Source of the DNA: a virus
Taxonomy: Duplodnaviria; Caudoviricetes
IMG/VR virus record: IMGVR_UViG_3300044667_000043
Coordinates: 1 to 46,782 of that record
Direction: 5' to 3' (one strand)
DNA: 46,782 nt
The position numbers and the translations under genes were made by a program. Shown here piece by piece: positions 44,077 to 46,782 of the stretch. The stretch's first letter is position 1, and each line of letters starts with the position of its first letter. The notes beneath the pieces were generated by a model. It worked only from the letters and a program-made list of their open reading frames with translations. It was not told the DNA's origin and made no database searches.

Positions 44077-44088
44077 AGTGTTGAAAAT

Positions 44089-45084
44089 TCATGCGTTGAG
44101 CCTTTCCGCAATCGAGATGACCGTGCGCACCTCGTCCACATAACGGGCGCGGATCTCCGAAACTCGGCTCGCCTTCCAACCAAGAATCTTAGCGATCTCG
44201 TCGTCAGTGAGCCCCTTCATGGCCAGCCATGTCGCGCAGGTGCCGCGCAGGTCGTGGAAGTGCCGGTCGAAACCCTTGGGCTTGGCATTGCGCCAGGACG
44301 ATTTGAACCCACTATCGGTCCACGGATCGCCCTTGCTATTCCGTAGGATGATGCCCTCGCCGGAAGGAAGGGCGTCGAGGAAAGCCCTCAGGTCGCGATA
44401 CATGGGGATGGCTGCGCGCACCTTCCTCTTGTTGGTGAGCATAACGATGGCGTTCTTGCCGACGTGCGCCCATTCCAGTTTCAGAAGATCGCCGAGGCGC
44501 AGACCGGTCAGCTTGCCCAGCTCAAGCGCGCGCATGATATGCACTGGCACATCCTTGACGGCCTCCCAATGCGCGTCCTCCCAAATCTTGTCCGCCCTGT
44601 TGGCGCGGTGCAGCGTTCCAATGCCGGCGGCGATGTTGGTGGCGATCTCTCCGTTCTGTGCTGCCCATGCGAGCACAGTGGAAAGTGTGCCAACTGCGCG
44701 ATCGGCAGCTCGGGGCTGTTCGGCCCATTTGTTGCGCCAGATCAGGATATCCTTGCGCATCCGGTAGTCGGACATAAGGAACTTGGGTGCGTTACCGAAG
44801 CGCTTCGAGATGCGGGTCAGCCAGCGGCGGTAATCGTCCTGTGTGACTTTTGCCAGGCGCGTGAACTCCGGGCTTTCAAGATAGCGATCGATGATTTCCT
44901 CGAAGCTGTCGGGATAAGACGCTTTCCCGTTCAGCCGCGCCTCACGAGCCTTATCAAGAATGTCGTTCGTGATCGTTGGCCGAGTTCCATCCACAGTATG
45001 GATGCAAGGGCCGCCGCGCCATGCGTAGACGTACCAGCGTGTACCGCCTTTGAGCCGCTTGCCGATGACGTGCAGCTTAGTCAC
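44089..45084 (-). CDS. int: Tyrosine integrase
   Basis: TGLR..DL, HFHDLRGT, ILGW...Y catalytic residues; N-terminal RWYVYAWRGGP domain. Confidence 0.93.
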   Translation of the reverse strand: MTKLHVIGKRLKGGTRWYVYAWRGGPCIHTVDGTRPTITNDILDKAREARLNGKASYPDSFEEIIDRYLESPEFTRLAKVTQDDYRRWLTRISKRFGNAPKFLMSDYRMRKDILIWRNKWAEQPRAADRAVGTLSTVLAWAAQNGEIATNIAAGIGTLHRANRADKIWEDAHWEAVKDVPVHIMRALELGKLTGLRLGDLLKLEWAHVGKNAIVMLTNKRKVRAAIPMYRDLRAFLDALPSGEGIILRNSKGDPWTDSGFKSSWRNAKPKGFDRHFHDLRGTCATWLAMKGLTDDEIAKILGWKASRVSEIRARYVDEVRTVISIAERLNA

Positions 45085-45265
45085 GACCCTTGTTCTCCCG
45101 CGACCAGCGCTCATAGGCGTCCCCTCCCGAATCTGCAGCGGGATGGAACACTACACCATCGGCCCGAATTTCAACCGGGCCGTCGAGACGGAAGCCCATT
45201 GATCGCAGAAGCTCCGCCATGCTGCGGACCTCCTTCTCGGGAACAAGGCGTCGCTTCGCCGTCAT
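45077..45265 (-). CDS. Possible excisionase/recombination directionality factor
   Basis: 62-aa ORF with GGAGG SD overlapping the int start; assignment is positional. Confidence 0.5.
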   Translation of the reverse strand: MTAKRRLVPEKEVRSMAELLRSMGFRLDGPVEIRADGVVFHPAADSGGDAYERWSRENKGRD

Positions 45266-45293
45266 GCGCCTCCCCTGGGGTTGTTGGTAGGGG

Positions 45294-46025
45294 TCATGCT
45301 GCGGCTCCGATGAACAGATCACCTTGGCGCTGGGCGTCCTCGATGCGCTTGCAGGCAATGTCGAAATACTTGGGCTCGCGCTCGATGCCGATGAACGTGC
45401 GACCTTCCAGCATCGCAGCGACGCCAGTGCTTCCGGATCCCATAAAAGGGTCTAGGCAACTCCCACCTGCTGGAACGATGGCTGAAACAATCTCACGCAT
45501 GAGCGGAAGCCACTTTTGCGTCGGGTGATCGACCTTCTCATCAGCACGGACGCCGGCGCGGTATGTGTCGGAGTAGAAGACATTCCGGCGCTTCGGATCG
45601 GCATCGTTGAACGGGGCGCCAGGGCGGTAGCCGTACAGCGCAAACTCGAACCCGCTTGGCCACCAATTGCCGGGCATCGCCGGAGGTGGGCAAGCTTTGA
45701 CCCAAACAGCAGGCTTTACCGTGAAGCGCTGCTCTAGCACCAACTCGAAGAAGCTGACCTGGGAGGTGCCGCAAAAGACGAAGAACGCCTCCGCTTTGTC
45801 GCTGGCCAGCCCGATGGCCTCGATCGTCTCGTCGCGCGTTTGAGCGCTAGCCCATGCGAACTGGAGAGTCCGTGTGCCATCGAGTTTGTTCTGCACGCCG
45901 AAGTTGTTGCGGATCGCATAGGGAGGGTCGGCGACTAGAGTGTCGACCTTGCCCAGCGTCGGCAAAATATCCCGGCAATCGCCAAGGTAAAGCGTAGCCC
46001 GCCCGATATGTTCAACGCGGCCCAC
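45294..46025 (-). CDS. DNA methyltransferase, N4-C/N6-A beta class
   Basis: GDC, DPPY, HPTQK, LDPFMGSGSTG, FIGIE; no adjacent endonuclease. Confidence 0.92.
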   Translation of the reverse strand: MGRVEHIGRATLYLGDCRDILPTLGKVDTLVADPPYAIRNNFGVQNKLDGTRTLQFAWASAQTRDETIEAIGLASDKAEAFFVFCGTSQVSFFELVLEQRFTVKPAVWVKACPPPAMPGNWWPSGFEFALYGYRPGAPFNDADPKRRNVFYSDTYRAGVRADEKVDHPTQKWLPLMREIVSAIVPAGGSCLDPFMGSGSTGVAAMLEGRTFIGIEREPKYFDIACKRIEDAQRQGDLFIGAAA

Positions 46026-46027
46026 GC

Positions 46028-46330
46028 CTACCCCTCCCCGGTGACTTCGCGGATCGTGGAGGCGATGTCGGAAACGCTAGTCCAGCGCTCGATTACGTCG
46101 TCACTGATCTCGACGTTGAACGCCTCTTCCAGCTCGCACGCGATGCACATGACATCGATCGCATCCATACCGATGTCGCTGAACTTGGTGTCCATCGTCA
46201 CGCGGGTAGGAGTGAGCCAGCGACGGCCAGTGAGGCCTTTGTTGATGGCTGCCAGTAGTTCCACCTCACCGCCGGGGTTGTTGGCCCCGGCGGCTCCCTG
46301 GTGGATGGTCTCGGTGGTTCGGGTGCTCAC
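46028..46330 (-). CDS. Acyl carrier protein homologue lacking the phosphopantetheine Ser (DAI instead of DSL)
   Basis: VTMDTKFSDIGMDAIDVMCIACELEEAFNVEISDDVIERWTSVSDI follows the ACP pattern F..DLG.DSLD.VE....LEE.F..EI.D.......TV. Confidence 0.85.
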   Translation of the reverse strand: MSTRTTETIHQGAAGANNPGGEVELLAAINKGLTGRRWLTPTRVTMDTKFSDIGMDAIDVMCIACELEEAFNVEISDDVIERWTSVSDIASTIREVTGEG

Positions 46331-46509
46331 GGCATCACCAATGCGCAGACGTAGAGCAACAACAGGCCGACGCCGCCGTACAGCGCGCCGAGCCACAGCG
46401 GCGGTTCGCCTTCGGGCTGCTCCATGGGAAGCAACTTCCCGTTGTTCCACTGACGCTGCCCGCAGCTTGGGCGCACGATGTCGGGCGGCATGTAGCGGGG
46501 CTTAGTCAT
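46327..46509 (-). CDS. Small protein with C-terminal TM
   Basis: AGGAG SD; LWLGALYGGVGLLLLYVCALV; GTGA-coupled to the ACP-like gene. Confidence 0.65.
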   Translation of the reverse strand: MTKPRYMPPDIVRPSCGQRQWNNGKLLPMEQPEGEPPLWLGALYGGVGLLLLYVCALVMP

Positions 46510-46763
46510 GCCGATTGCTCCTGCATTTTCCGCCAGAGCTTTAGCCCGGCAGCAGTATGAACGAAGCGATAGGGATGGTTCGCCTTGCCTTGGATCAGGT
46601 GGCGATCCATCAGGCCCTTGATGGTCGAACGAGGCCAATCGTGGATCGAAACGCCACCGCCGTTCGAGAGACAGACCACGCCGAGAAGCTTGATTTGCTT
46701 CTCAGTGAGGGGGCGATCAGAGGCGCTTTCAGGGTGCGCCATCCAGGTGAGGCCGTCAGCCAC
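46506..46763 (-). CDS. Small winged-helix-like protein (partial second copy at 1..216)
   Basis: LT.KQ..LL...TIKGL..R.LI......T..G pattern. Confidence 0.65.
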   Translation of the reverse strand: MADGLTWMAHPESASDRPLTEKQIKLLGVVCLSNGGGVSIHDWPRSTIKGLMDRHLIQGKANHPYRFVHTAAGLKLWRKMQEQSA

Positions 46764-46782
46764 GATCCGCCTCCCCCGCTTG
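46548..46782. repeat. Terminal direct repeat, right copy
   Basis: Matches 1..235 with one mismatch. Confidence 0.95.

Noticed and set aside
45294-46025. Restriction-modification system
   Set aside because: No cognate endonuclease nearby; orphan methylases are routine in temperate phages.

Overview
Apparently complete genome of a temperate, siphovirus-type phage: 46,547 bp unique plus a 235-bp terminal overlap. The host is probably an alphaproteobacterium, possibly a sphingomonad (inferred from the GTA-like tail module and promoter style). Layout: leftward early operon (YqaJ exonuclease, RecT, many small genes, wrapping round the end to an ACP-like gene, DNA methylase, xis-like gene and tyrosine integrase); cI/cro switch with five palindromic operators; cII-like, DnaA-C HTH, VRR-NUC and primase-helicase genes followed by an iteron/IHF-like array; terS and an intein-containing terL; DUF1073 portal, Mu-F minor head, DUF2213, decoration and DUF2184 capsid genes; non-contractile tail with a -1 frameshift chaperone, fibre and beta-helix tailspike; lysis cassette with embedded spanins; a PQQ sugar-dehydrogenase lipoprotein moron; and attP as the 3' half of tRNA-Thr(UGU). 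Most interesting signals: (1) a ~140-nt tRNA-shaped ncRNA with no anticodon loop and no CCA inside the head operon; (2) an acyl-carrier-protein homologue with Ala at the phosphopantetheine Ser; (3) a portal fused to an Acb1-like 2H phosphoesterase; (4) eight copies of a CGTCCGTAG motif at fixed spacing before late genes, mostly apparently leaderless; (5) a fibre-like protein with a Sec signal peptide. All family calls come from motif recognition by eye; no database search was run.
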